A stretch of 49,665 nucleotides of DNA, from positions 1 to 49,665 of the forward strand of contig CAZAZV010000004.1 in the NCBI GenBank assembly GCA_964489845.1. The letters run 5' to 3'. The translations under genes were made by a program, and so were the position numbers. The stretch is from an uncultured Candidatus Saccharibacteria bacterium. Its GTDB lineage: Bacteria; Patescibacteriota; Minisyncoccia; UBA6257; GWB1-50-10. Positions 9,153 to 17,945 of this stretch are shown here, in pieces (position 1 is the stretch's first letter; each line of letters opens with the position of its first letter). The notes below the pieces were generated by a model. It saw nothing but the letters and a program-made list of their open reading frames with translations, ran no database searches and had not been told where the DNA came from.

Positions 9153-9646
9153 ATATCCGCGTAAGTGTTCGAAACCATACGGATCTCACTAATGGTCTTG
9201 CCATTGCTATTTTTGGAAGCCAGCCAGGCGCTTAGCCCAGAATTCTCAGAGACTTGATTGTATTTCAATATTTCATCTGCGAATTCATTCAGTCTTCCAT
9301 CTTTCTCGATCTTTTCTAATCCCTTCTCAAATTTCGCCCAGCTCAAGTGCGGAGATACGAAGGGGTCCGCTTCGGGCATAAAGAATTTCGCCGCTTTCGC
9401 AGTGTCGCCCTCCCGCAGGGCGGCGACGAAAAGCTGAAGCGTTTCCTCCGGCGTCCTGCCGCCGTAAATGTCCGTGGCGAGCTCCTGCTCAAGTGATTGC
9501 ACATTCTCCGCGTATCGCTGCATCTGCTCCACGCCGGCGCGGGACTTCACCGCGGTTGGGTAGAAATAGAAAAATGAGAAAACGCCGCCGATAATCACCG
9601 CAACAACAACAAAAACGAAAAGGAGTTTTCTCTTGAACGAGAGCAC
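9128..9646 (-). CDS. hypothetical single-TM protein
   Basis: N-terminal TM, YGGRTPEETLQLF motif; overlaps the start of the giant gene. Confidence 0.75.
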   Translation of the reverse strand: MLSFKRKLLFVFVVVAVIIGGVFSFFYFYPTAVKSRAGVEQMQRYAENVQSLEQELATDIYGGRTPEETLQLFVAALREGDTAKAAKFFMPEADPFVSPHLSWAKFEKGLEKIEKDGRLNEFADEILKYNQVSENSGLSAWLASKNSNGKTISEIRMVSNTYADIWKLDNVF

Positions 9647-9727
9647 TGTCTCCTGACCCCCAGGTGAACTATTCCAGAATCAGATCGATTCTCACAATCA
9701 CCATAACACATTCACGCATCAAGGAAT

Positions 9728-9774
9728 CTGTGGATAACTTTATCGGTATCGGATACCGATAAAGTTATCCACAG
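9728..9774. repeat. perfect 47-bp REP-like palindrome with two inverted DnaA boxes
   Basis: CTGTGGATAACTTTATCGGTATC-G-GATACCGATAAAGTTATCCACAG; 23-bp perfect arms. Confidence 0.95.
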
Positions 9775-9778
9775 GGAC

Positions 9779-9814
9779 AAAAAGCCCGCAGGGAAAAGAA
9801 AATTCCCTGCGGGC
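9779..9814 (-). terminator. intrinsic terminator
   Basis: GCCCGCAGGGAA/TTCCCTGCGGGC stem followed by a T-run on the minus strand. Confidence 0.8.
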
Positions 9815-9879
9815 GTAGGTCTGTAAGACCGGACTCGGTCCACGAGGTCAAACTCGGCCTATGAGACCCAACCCACCGG

Positions 9880-10413
9880 TCAGCGGCGATGCGCCGTGCG
9901 CGTGAGCTCGCCCACGAAGGCGAAGACGCGGTCACCAAGCGACCACCGCTTGGTGTTGAGCGGCGCGGCACCCACGTGCCATTGCGAGAGGGGCTGGTGC
10001 CGCCACGCGAAAACCACAAACATCTCTCCTCCCCTCGCTTCGACATAGAACACGTTGTAGGCAGGCATCGCGAGGCGGTGCTTTCTTCCCCACTCGGTGA
10101 GGAAGAGGTGGTAGAGGTAGGCGGAGAATGCGAGCGGCTCGGGAAACACATAACCGTCCGGCAGCTCGGCGAGCACGTCATTGTCGCACAGGCGCTGCCC
10201 ACCCACATGGAATGAGCGCATCACGACGTCGGGGAAATTGCCGTCCCTTGGCGGCATACGCCACTGCGGCACGAACGCCGCAACATCGTCCGTCACAACC
10301 GCGCAGTTACCCTGGTACGGAATGGCATTGGAAACCCACTCCCCTTCAACTTCAAAATCGGCAAGTGTCCAGAGACGCTTCTCGGTACCCAATTTCCTAT
10401 CGCTCAAGCTCAT
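9880..10413 (-). CDS. hypothetical protein (solo accessory gene)
   Basis: 177-aa ORF with AAGGAGG SD, its own -35 and a terminator. Confidence 0.7.
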   Translation of the reverse strand: MSLSDRKLGTEKRLWTLADFEVEGEWVSNAIPYQGNCAVVTDDVAAFVPQWRMPPRDGNFPDVVMRSFHVGGQRLCDNDVLAELPDGYVFPEPLAFSAYLYHLFLTEWGRKHRLAMPAYNVFYVEARGGEMFVVFAWRHQPLSQWHVGAAPLNTKRWSLGDRVFAFVGELTRTAHRR

Positions 10414-10497
10414 GCCTCCTTCGCATTGGATTGGGCTCTGTTATCAAAGAGCATCGGCGTCGAACGTCTTCATACTGCACCACGAACCAGAACTACG

Positions 10498-10863
10498 TCA
10501 AGTAAACAGGTCGTCGTAGCGCGTAATGCGGAGCGCGTCCCATCCGTTCGGTGCGAACACGACGCAGACCGCATTGATGTGGTAGAGGCCGGTGTAGTGC
10601 ACATGCACCGCATACGCTGCGGCAGCGCGCGCAAGGCGGCGGCGCTTGTCGGCGGTAAGCGCCTCTTCCGGGATGCCGACATCATCGACACCCCGGCTCT
10701 TCACCTCGACAAAGACGAGTTCTTTCCGTTTGTTCCGACATACGATATCGAGCTCGCTCCACTTCGTGCGGAGATTGCGCTCGAGCACCCGAAAACCCTC
10801 CCGTTTCAGAAATGCGCACGCCACGTCCTCTCCCCGCTTCCCGATAACGTTATGGAACGCCAT
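10498..10863 (-). CDS. yraN: YraN family endonuclease-like protein
   Basis: GKRGED.A, ERN, ELDIV and LVFVEVKSR motifs. Confidence 0.9.
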   Translation of the reverse strand: MAFHNVIGKRGEDVACAFLKREGFRVLERNLRTKWSELDIVCRNKRKELVFVEVKSRGVDDVGIPEEALTADKRRRLARAAAAYAVHVHYTGLYHINAVCVVFAPNGWDALRITRYDDLFT

Positions 10864-10909
10864 ACGTTGACATCACTCAAAGCATACCGTAAAGTACTTC
10901 CTATTAGGT

Positions 10910-11182
10910 ATGGCACACATAAAACAGAAAGGGGGGTATAAGGGTTCGTCGGACTCCGAGTCCAAGCGCCTCGGCGTGAAGCTGTACGGCGGGCAGATTG
11001 CCCACGCCGGGAACGTCATCATCCGCCAGCGCGGCACGAAGTTCTTGCCGGGAGAAAACGTAAAGCGGGGCAAGGACGACACGCTCTATGCCGCGAAGGA
11101 CGGGACGGTAACGTTCAAGAACAAGCGGAAGCTTTCATTCGACGGAACGGTAAGAATCGCGAAGCAGGTAAGTGTGAAATAG
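10910..11182 (+). CDS. rpmA: 50S ribosomal protein L27
   Basis: [30 protein letters not shown]. Confidence 0.97.
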   Translation: MAHIKQKGGYKGSSDSESKRLGVKLYGGQIAHAGNVIIRQRGTKFLPGENVKRGKDDTLYAAKDGTVTFKNKRKLSFDGTVRIAKQVSVK

Positions 11183-11191
11183 AAAGAGGAG

Positions 11192-11638
11192 CTAGCGCTC
11201 CTCTTTTACGTTCACCATAACGGTCCCCTTCACGCCATCGCCGAAATCGACGACAACCTCGTGTTTTCCGAACGACTTTAAGGGTTCGGTTTTCACGACG
11301 GCGTCCGCCATGCCGCGCTCCGCGAGCGCGGTCTCCACGTCGTGCGCCGAGACTGAACCGTAGAGCGTCTCGCCCTCCCCTTTGCGCGAGAACATGAGTG
11401 TCGTATCTCTGAGTTTCGCCGTCGCCGCTTCGTGCGCCGCGACACGGGCTTTGTGTTCCGCCTCGTGCGCCACGTGAAGGGTTTCAACCCGCTTCAGGGC
11501 ATCGGGGGTCGCGAGCACAGCAAGCTTGTTCGGCAAGAGCTGGTTTCTGAAATAGCCGCGCGTCACGTGCACGGTATCGTACGCATCGCCCAGTCCCCGC
11601 ACCTGTTTCGTGAGTATGACGGTTATTTTCTGCTTCAT
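11192..11638 (-). CDS. rplI: 50S ribosomal protein L9
   Basis: VILTKQVRGLG, GYFRNQLLP, LYGSVS. Confidence 0.95.
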   Translation of the reverse strand: MKQKITVILTKQVRGLGDAYDTVHVTRGYFRNQLLPNKLAVLATPDALKRVETLHVAHEAEHKARVAAHEAATAKLRDTTLMFSRKGEGETLYGSVSAHDVETALAERGMADAVVKTEPLKSFGKHEVVVDFGDGVKGTVMVNVKEER

Positions 11639-11642
11639 GGCA

Positions 11643-12917
11643 TTACGGCAATAAAACGGTTTGAATGACTTTTATGTTCTTCGACTGTTCCTGCACGATT
11701 TGAAGTGCTCGGGCGAGCTGCGGGTCGGTGCTCGTCGCCGTTCCGCCGGTGGGCGAGGTCGATGTCGCTTCGACGACGACGTCCGGCGCGATCCCCTTCC
11801 CGTTGATACGGTGGCCGTCCGGCGTCACCCACTCCGCCACCGACACCTTGATCTTTGAGCCATCCGGGAGTGTCTGCACCTCCTGCACGGTCCCCTTGCC
11901 GAATGAGGTCGTCCCGACCACCGTCGCGCCTCGGACATCGCGCAGAGCGCCCGTCAAAATCTCCGATGCGGAAGCCGAACCCCCGTCAACCAGGACGACG
12001 ACCGGCACCGAGCGCCACGCGCCGGTTCCATTCGCGTAGTACGGCTGCGTCTTCCCGCCCGGAAAATCTTCCGTCACGATGAGGTCGCCGCGGTTCAGGA
12101 ACCAGCCGGCGACGTTCGTCGCGACGTCGAGGTAGCCGCCGGGGTCGCCGCGCACGTCCATAATCACGCCGCGCGCGCCCTGTAAGAGCGCTTTCACCGA
12201 ATCGTTGTAAAAGTCGGCGGGTGCGTTCGCGTTGAAGCTGTAGAGATGGAAGTACGCGATGTTGCCGGGAAGCATCTGATAGTCCAGGGTCGGCTCGATG
12301 ATATTCCCGCGCCGCACGGTGAATTCCTTCGGCGCATCCCACCCCGTGCGGTCAATGAGAAGCTGCACGTCGGTCCCCACCGCGCCGCGAATGAGCTTCA
12401 CCGCGTCATCGAGCGAGATACCGGCGGTTTCCGTATCGTCGATTTTCAGAATCTCGTCTCCCGCCTTGAGCCCCGCGAGTGCCGCGGGGTTGTCTTTCAA
12501 GGGAGCGATGATGACAAGCTGCTTGTCCTTCGCGCGCAAGCCGATTTCCGCACCGATGCCGCCGAAATTCCCCTGAACGTCCTCCTGGAACGTCTGGGCG
12601 TCATCGGGAGCGAAAAATTCGGTGTACGGGTCGCCAAGCGAATTCACTGCGCCGCTGATAGCGCCGTACAGAAGCTTGCTGTCGGTAATGTCCGCCGGCT
12701 TAAAGTAGTTGTCTTTGACAAAATTGACGGAGTCGTAGAAAAGCTGCATATCCAGAGTCGAGCTCCCCGCCTGCGGCGAATCCGTCGCGGCGCGAACCGC
12801 ACTCTCTCCGGCAAGCCCCCCGTGCTCCCAATCGGTAAACCACACGCCGCCGTAAAAAGCCGCGGCGACGAGCGCCGTACCTCCCAAAATCATGACAATG
12901 CGCGTTTTCCGCTTCAT
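11643..12917 (-). CDS. S41 family C-terminal processing peptidase (PDZ)
   Basis: LGDPYT, FGGIGAEIG, DVRGDPGG, SASASEI, FGKGTVQ. Confidence 0.93.
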   Translation of the reverse strand: MKRKTRIVMILGGTALVAAAFYGGVWFTDWEHGGLAGESAVRAATDSPQAGSSTLDMQLFYDSVNFVKDNYFKPADITDSKLLYGAISGAVNSLGDPYTEFFAPDDAQTFQEDVQGNFGGIGAEIGLRAKDKQLVIIAPLKDNPAALAGLKAGDEILKIDDTETAGISLDDAVKLIRGAVGTDVQLLIDRTGWDAPKEFTVRRGNIIEPTLDYQMLPGNIAYFHLYSFNANAPADFYNDSVKALLQGARGVIMDVRGDPGGYLDVATNVAGWFLNRGDLIVTEDFPGGKTQPYYANGTGAWRSVPVVVLVDGGSASASEILTGALRDVRGATVVGTTSFGKGTVQEVQTLPDGSKIKVSVAEWVTPDGHRINGKGIAPDVVVEATSTSPTGGTATSTDPQLARALQIVQEQSKNIKVIQTVLLP

Positions 12918-12978
12918 AGGGGATGATAACTCCCTTACTATACGGTACCCTTGCCCCGCCCGCAACTCTCAAGATAAG

Positions 12979-13257
12979 ATGAAACAAGTGGAACTGAAGA
13001 AATACCTTGACCAGCTGAAAGAAAAACGCCGCACGCGGCGCGTGACACAAGAATATCAGCTCGCGGGGCTCGCCGTGGCGGAAACCCTCCATGACGAGAA
13101 ACACAAGGCGCTCTACATCAAACTCGCCAAGCAGTACGGCAGCGACAAGCTCGTTGCGCTGGCGAAGGACGTGGCGGAGCGCGGGAATGTCAAAAAGAAA
13201 GGCGCGTATTTTATGAAAATCGTCCATGAAACTCTACACCGTAAGCTTAAGCCGTGA
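12979..13257 (+). CDS. conserved hypothetical protein
   Basis: Basic ~92-aa ORF (ALYIKLAK...GAYFM) overlapping the def start. Confidence 0.75.
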   Translation: MKQVELKKYLDQLKEKRRTRRVTQEYQLAGLAVAETLHDEKHKALYIKLAKQYGSDKLVALAKDVAERGNVKKKGAYFMKIVHETLHRKLKP

Positions 13258-13738
13258 GAAGAAGTTCCTCGGGACACCCACGAAACCGGTCAACTTCAAG
13301 CATGTCGTCCCGAAAGAGCTCCGCGCGCTCGTGAAGCTCATGCGCGAGGAAATGACTCGCGCGCAGGGCATCGGCCTTTCGGCGAACCAGATCGGCATCG
13401 AGCACCGCATCTTTGTCGCCGACGTGCCAACACCGGATGGCAAGAAAAAGTTCTATGCCATCGTGAACCCCCGCATCACGAGACGTTCCAAGGAAACGGA
13501 GGAGCTCGAAGAAGCGTGCCTGAGCGTCCCGCACACGTACGGCATGATTGCGCGGGCAAAATCTGTCACGCTCGAGGGGTACACGCCCGCCGGGAAGAAA
13601 GTGAAGGTCAAGGCGTGGGGGCTCCTTGCGCAGGTATTCCAGCACGAAGTTGACCACCTCGACGGCCACCTCTTCATAGAAAAAGCCCGTACCTTGTACC
13701 GCGTGGACAAGGATACGGGCAGAGCGACGAAGATATAG
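13226..13738 (+). CDS. def: peptide deformylase
   Basis: GIGLSANQIG, EACLS, QHEVDHLDG. Confidence 0.96.
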   Translation: MKLYTVSLSREKKFLGTPTKPVNFKHVVPKELRALVKLMREEMTRAQGIGLSANQIGIEHRIFVADVPTPDGKKKFYAIVNPRITRRSKETEELEEACLSVPHTYGMIARAKSVTLEGYTPAGKKVKVKAWGLLAQVFQHEVDHLDGHLFIEKARTLYRVDKDTGRATKI

Positions 13739-13744
13739 CACTCG

Positions 13745-14533
13745 TTATCGAATCTCGTACGTGAGCGTGATGTCGACGGTAACGTCCTGCGAACCCGGCT
13801 CGATGGCCGGAGCGGGAACTGTCTCCGCGCCACCCAATCCGAGCGGAGCGGCCGCCCCGACGCTCCTCATCGCGTACGTGTCATAGTAGCGGTTGGTGTA
13901 TACGGAGATGAGCCGCCCAACCGAGAAGTGACCGGCTTGCGCGATCTGCTGCGCCTGCGCTTCGGCTTTCTGTATCGCCTGTGCGCGCGCCTCCGCTTCA
14001 ACCTGCGTCGGGTCGTCAATGGTGAAGGACAAGCTCGACACCGAATTCGCGCCGTTCTTCACCACACCACTCATGACATCGCCGATGGTAGAAAAGTCGC
14101 GAATCTTCACGTCAACTGTCTGACTCACGGTGTAGCCGACGATATCAGCCGGCGGACACGGTGTGCCGCTCGTCCCCTGCGTCGGGCAGGAGTAAGTTTG
14201 GTAGCGCGGTGTGATGGTGTAACCCGACGTCTGGATGTCTTTGTCCGCGACGCCTTTCCCCTTCACGAACGCAATCGCCGCGTTCGCGTCTTTGGTATTC
14301 TCCGTCTGGAGCGCGCCGAGGTTCGTGCCACCCTGTGTCACAACCGAGAAAGACATTTTCGCCACGTCTGGAACGGCCGTCACCTTGCCTTCCGTGGTGA
14401 CGGAGAAGCTGCGGTACGCGCCCGGCTGTATTGACCTGCTGTACGTTCCCGCGAAGCTCACGACGCCGTATGCCGCCGCGATGAGCACGGCGACGATGGT
14501 GAGACCGAGGAGATTCTTGATGCGTTGGTTCAT
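13745..14533 (-). CDS. SIMPL (DUF541) domain protein
   Basis: GKVTAVPDVA, DIQTSGY, GANSVSSLSF, IEPG. Confidence 0.9.
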   Translation of the reverse strand: MNQRIKNLLGLTIVAVLIAAAYGVVSFAGTYSRSIQPGAYRSFSVTTEGKVTAVPDVAKMSFSVVTQGGTNLGALQTENTKDANAAIAFVKGKGVADKDIQTSGYTITPRYQTYSCPTQGTSGTPCPPADIVGYTVSQTVDVKIRDFSTIGDVMSGVVKNGANSVSSLSFTIDDPTQVEAEARAQAIQKAEAQAQQIAQAGHFSVGRLISVYTNRYYDTYAMRSVGAAAPLGLGGAETVPAPAIEPGSQDVTVDITLTYEIR

Positions 14534-15393
14534 AGTACCTCCAGTATAGCACGCGGGTGCTTCCCTGCAATCACCACATCCCGCAATATGGCGAGGAGCG
14601 GCAGTTCATCCACGCAAGAACCGAGGAGCGTCAAGAGATGCGGCAGCGACATCTTGCCTTCGGTCATGAAATCTGGCTTCTCTCCCTTCGCGAGCGCGCG
14701 GCCGAACGCGCAGTTCCGCGAATCCTGCGAGAACCCGGTCGCGACGAGATCGCCGAGTCCCGGGAGCCCGTAGGCACTCCGTTCGTCCCCGCCGAGGCGC
14801 TCCACGATATACGCCATCTCTCGCACGGCGCGCGAGACGAGTTCGCCGAGCGTATTGCGCCCGAGTCCGAGTTCCTGCGCGCAGCCGAGCTCGATGGCGT
14901 ACACGTTCTTCAAAACGCCCGCGAGCATGACGCCGCGCACGTCGTCGGACGTTTCGACGCGGAGCGCGGTCCGCGCGAAAAGATTTCGCACGACATCAGC
15001 CGATTCCCGGCTCGCCGAAGCGGCAACCGCCGCACCGCCCTGGTCACGCATGAGTTCATCGGCAAGCATCGGCCCCATGAGGGCGACGAACCGCCTCGGC
15101 TCGATGCATGTTTCGAACATCGCCTCGGGCGTCTCCGCGCCTGTGAGCCCCTTCGAAACGGTCACCACGACGCTTCCCCATCCCAAGACGGGGGTAATGG
15201 TCGGCAATGCGGACGGAAGCGCATGCGACGGGATGCAGAAAAACACGACGCGCGCATACTGCAAAACATCTTTGAGTGTTCCGCTCCGTTTCCCTTCGTC
15301 GGTATCCCAGAACGAGACGGACGTATCCGCTTTTTCAAGGACATGCGCAATCGCTTTCCCGATGCCTCCCGCACCGATTATCGCAATGTTCAT
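14530..15393 (-). CDS. gpsA: NAD(P)H-dependent glycerol-3-phosphate dehydrogenase
   Basis: GAGGIG, SKG, GVLKNVYAI, GLGDLVAT, SRN. Confidence 0.88.
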   Translation of the reverse strand: MNIAIIGAGGIGKAIAHVLEKADTSVSFWDTDEGKRSGTLKDVLQYARVVFFCIPSHALPSALPTITPVLGWGSVVVTVSKGLTGAETPEAMFETCIEPRRFVALMGPMLADELMRDQGGAAVAASASRESADVVRNLFARTALRVETSDDVRGVMLAGVLKNVYAIELGCAQELGLGRNTLGELVSRAVREMAYIVERLGGDERSAYGLPGLGDLVATGFSQDSRNCAFGRALAKGEKPDFMTEGKMSLPHLLTLLGSCVDELPLLAILRDVVIAGKHPRAILEVL

Positions 15394-15412
15394 ATCCTCA
15401 TTATATCACCCC

Positions 15413-15450
15413 TATTCGTATCGGAGCGCTTCGATGGGGCTTTTCTCGGC
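15413..15450. repeat. orphan copy of the ABC permease 3' end (att-like direct repeat)
   Basis: 36/38 identical to 16704-16741; encodes AEKSPIEALRYE* on the minus strand. Confidence 0.9.
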
Positions 15451-15457
15451 AATACGC

Positions 15458-15495
15458 TTGACGGGGAAAATAAGGGGTGTACACTTAGGGTACAC
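15458..15495 (+). promoter_or_regulatory. TA promoter with Phd/YefM-type operator
   Basis: TTGACG-16-TACACT overlapped by GTGTACAC (15477-84) and GGGTACAC (15488-95). Confidence 0.7.
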
Positions 15496-15496
15496 T

Positions 15497-15745
15497 ATGA
15501 CTACCAGATTCGTCGGCACGAAAGAATTGCGGCAGCGGATGGCGCGCATTGCGCGTGACGCGGAGGAAAAAAACGAGCGTATCATTGTCCTGCGCAAGAA
15601 TCGCCCCGTGTTCGAATTGCGCCCCCTTTCTTCCGAACGCGCGCTTGTTGAATCGCTGCGGAGAGAAATCGAGAAAGCGCGGGAAGACAAGAGGGCGGGT
15701 AGGATAAAAACGCAGGCCGACGTCGAGCGACTCTTCGGTCTCTGA
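15497..15745 (+). CDS. Phd/YefM family antitoxin
   Basis: MTTRFVGTKELR...IIVLRKNRPVFEL; directly upstream of the toxin. Confidence 0.85.
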   Translation: MTTRFVGTKELRQRMARIARDAEEKNERIIVLRKNRPVFELRPLSSERALVESLRREIEKAREDKRAGRIKTQADVERLFGL

Positions 15746-15748
15746 ATT

Positions 15749-16021
15749 ATGAAAACAGAGGTCGTCTATACGGCACATGCCGTAAAAGACCTGACCCGAC
15801 TCGATAAACTTGTTGCGCGAATAATCGTCGCGAAAATTGCGCAGTATGCGCAAGAGAAAAATCCGCTTAAACACGCGAAGAAACTGAATCCCCCGTTTGA
15901 TGATTTGTTTAGATTCCGCATCGGCGACTACCGTGCCGTTTTCGAAATAGACCGTAACGGAACTGTCATTATCTTAACCATTCTCACCGTCAAACACCGC
16001 AAGGACGTTTACAGATTATAG
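15749..16021 (+). CDS. RelE/ParE family toxin
   Basis: A.KDL.RL, FRFRIGDYRAVF, V.HRKDVY. Confidence 0.92.
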   Translation: MKTEVVYTAHAVKDLTRLDKLVARIIVAKIAQYAQEKNPLKHAKKLNPPFDDLFRFRIGDYRAVFEIDRNGTVIILTILTVKHRKDVYRL

Positions 16022-16184
16022 GCATTTATCATATGCCGAGTGTCTGATATTTTTTCAAAAATTTGATAAATCACAAATATAAAGTTATTTTAAGAACAAT
16101 TCCTGTTCGGATGGACAGGTCGTTCCGCAAGGAATAAGGAGACAGGTTCTGTCTTATTGAAGCTCTTTCACAAGGAGGTACCGT

Positions 16185-16598
16185 ATGGTACCACATAAGT
16201 TCGAGCGTTTCGAAATCACAGACGGTCCGTCAAAGATGGATCTTATGCTAGCCCTCTTCGATGGTGGGCCAGGGGATCGGAGAGAGGTCCTCTTTACCCT
16301 AGAGTGCGACATCGGTCATCTCTCAGAAACCATCTTGCACCCACCGTGCCACGCGAAACTCATTATCAATCGGATGAGTAGGAAAGACGGTTACGTCGAA
16401 AGATGGTTTTTTAGAGGGCGTCTCAATGGCCTTGAGGGGGAAATAGGAAGAAAGAACAGTGGTGTATTGAGCGACGTTGATGTGTCTTGCCGAGCTTCCG
16501 GATATTTTTCAACCGAAATCCGAAAAGGATGGGTGGATATTGAGTCCCCTCCTCAATGGCTGAGGCCGCAAAAGAAGCAGCCGCAATCGCAGGCGTGA
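16185..16598 (+). CDS. hypothetical protein (solo accessory gene)
   Basis: AAGGAGG SD, TTGATA-17-TATTTT promoter, downstream terminator. Confidence 0.75.
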   Translation: MVPHKFERFEITDGPSKMDLMLALFDGGPGDRREVLFTLECDIGHLSETILHPPCHAKLIINRMSRKDGYVERWFFRGRLNGLEGEIGRKNSGVLSDVDVSCRASGYFSTEIRKGWVDIESPPQWLRPQKKQPQSQA

Positions 16599-16607
16599 TT
16601 TCAGAAA

Positions 16608-16644
16608 GCCCGGCGAGAATTTATTCCGCCGGGCTGTTATTTTT
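16608..16644 (+). terminator. intrinsic terminator
   Basis: GCCCGGCG/CGCCGGGC stem plus T-rich tail. Confidence 0.7.
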
Positions 16645-16702
16645 ATAACCTATTCCCCCTCTCTCCTATCCTCTCTGTTCCTTCCATAACCCATTGCCTC
16701 TG

Positions 16703-17944
16703 TTATTCGTATCGGAGCGCTTCGATGGGGCTCTTCTCCGCGGCTTTCTTCGCCGGATACAGGCCGAAGACGAGCCCCACACCCGCTGAAACCGTGAGTC
16801 CGAGAAACACAGCGGGAACCGAGAAGACGAACTTCCAGCCCGGCGACACGAAGTGCTGGAGCACGAGCGAGACGAGGAACGAGAGCGCGAAGCCAAGCGC
16901 GATGCCGACGGCGCCGCCGATGCCCGTGAGAAACACCGATTCCAGGAGATACTGGCGCGAGATATCCTGCGCCGTCGCGCCGACCGCTTTGTGCAGCCCG
17001 ATTTCCCGCGTCCGCTCCGCGACCGACACGAGCATGATATTCATAATCCCCACGCCACCGACGATGAGTGAAATCGACGCCATGGCGACGAGGAACCAAG
17101 TGAGTGCGGAGGTAATCGTCGAGAGGCGGTTCGCCAAATCGGCCTGCGTCTGCACGAAGAAATCGTCCTTCGACGGGTCGGTGATGTTATGCGATTCGCG
17201 CAACGTCAGTTTCACGTCATCCGCCACGATGGACACGTCCGCGCCGTCCTTCGCCTCGACGATGATGCGGTTGAAGTATTTGATGCCGAGCAAATAATCC
17301 TGCGCCGTCGTGTACGGCATGAGCGTCATGTCGTCGAAATTGAAAAGCGTCCCGCCGCCGGATGCGGGCAGGACCGCGACGACGCGGAAACTTTTCCCCT
17401 TGATGCGAATCGTTTGTCCGACGGGGTCTTCACCATCGGTAAACAAGTGACTGGCGACTTTCGAACCGATGACGACAACGTTCGCGCGAGAGAGCACGTC
17501 ATTCGCGCCGAAGAATTCCCCCTCTTTCGGCGCGAGGTCGAACATGCTCGCGAGAAGTTCGGTCCCGCCGAAAATCGAAACCTGGTACGTGTTGGGACCG
17601 TACACCGCGGTCTCGGCGCCGAAAACGACCGGCATCACGTCCTTCAAACCGGGGACGTTCGCGGGATTCTCGAGCGCCGTGATATCCCGCTGCTTCAGCG
17701 AATCGCTGTAGAGCGAGGTGACGTCGGACGGTCCGGTCGGCTCCCTGCCCGGCACGACGGCGATGGTTTGCGTCCCGATACCCTGCACCTCGCCCAAAAT
17801 GAGCGCCTGCGCGCCCGCGCCCAGGGACATCACGAGAATGATTGCTGTGATGCCGATGATAATGCCGAGTATGGTGAGCGCCGAGCGCGACTTGTTCGCC
17901 CGCAAGCTTCCCAACGCCGTTTTAATGCTGTGCCTGATGTGCAT
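16703..17944 (-). CDS. MacB/FtsX-like ABC transporter permease
   Basis: RSALTILGIIIG, GGVGIMNIMLVSV.ERTREIG, PIEALRYE. Confidence 0.95.
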   Translation of the reverse strand: MHIRHSIKTALGSLRANKSRSALTILGIIIGITAIILVMSLGAGAQALILGEVQGIGTQTIAVVPGREPTGPSDVTSLYSDSLKQRDITALENPANVPGLKDVMPVVFGAETAVYGPNTYQVSIFGGTELLASMFDLAPKEGEFFGANDVLSRANVVVIGSKVASHLFTDGEDPVGQTIRIKGKSFRVVAVLPASGGGTLFNFDDMTLMPYTTAQDYLLGIKYFNRIIVEAKDGADVSIVADDVKLTLRESHNITDPSKDDFFVQTQADLANRLSTITSALTWFLVAMASISLIVGGVGIMNIMLVSVAERTREIGLHKAVGATAQDISRQYLLESVFLTGIGGAVGIALGFALSFLVSLVLQHFVSPGWKFVFSVPAVFLGLTVSAGVGLVFGLYPAKKAAEKSPIEALRYE

Positions 17945-17945
17945 G

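Larger units (their letters stand above)
15413..16741. mobile_element. integrase-less islet bounded by 38-bp direct repeats
   Basis: Duplicated gene end flanking a TA pair and an orphan gene; lower GC than the flanks. Confidence 0.7.

Noticed and set aside
14855-15496. Long N-terminal extension of the antitoxin in the ORF track
   Set aside because: Antisense shadow of gpsA; promoter and operator support a start at 15497
15412-15690. 92-aa minus-strand ORF ending in AEKSPIEALRYE
   Set aside because: Antisense to the antitoxin; only the duplicated tail is meaningful
16031-16052. ATATGCCGAGTGTCTGATAT as a degenerate palindrome
   Set aside because: Too many mismatches and no second copy seen
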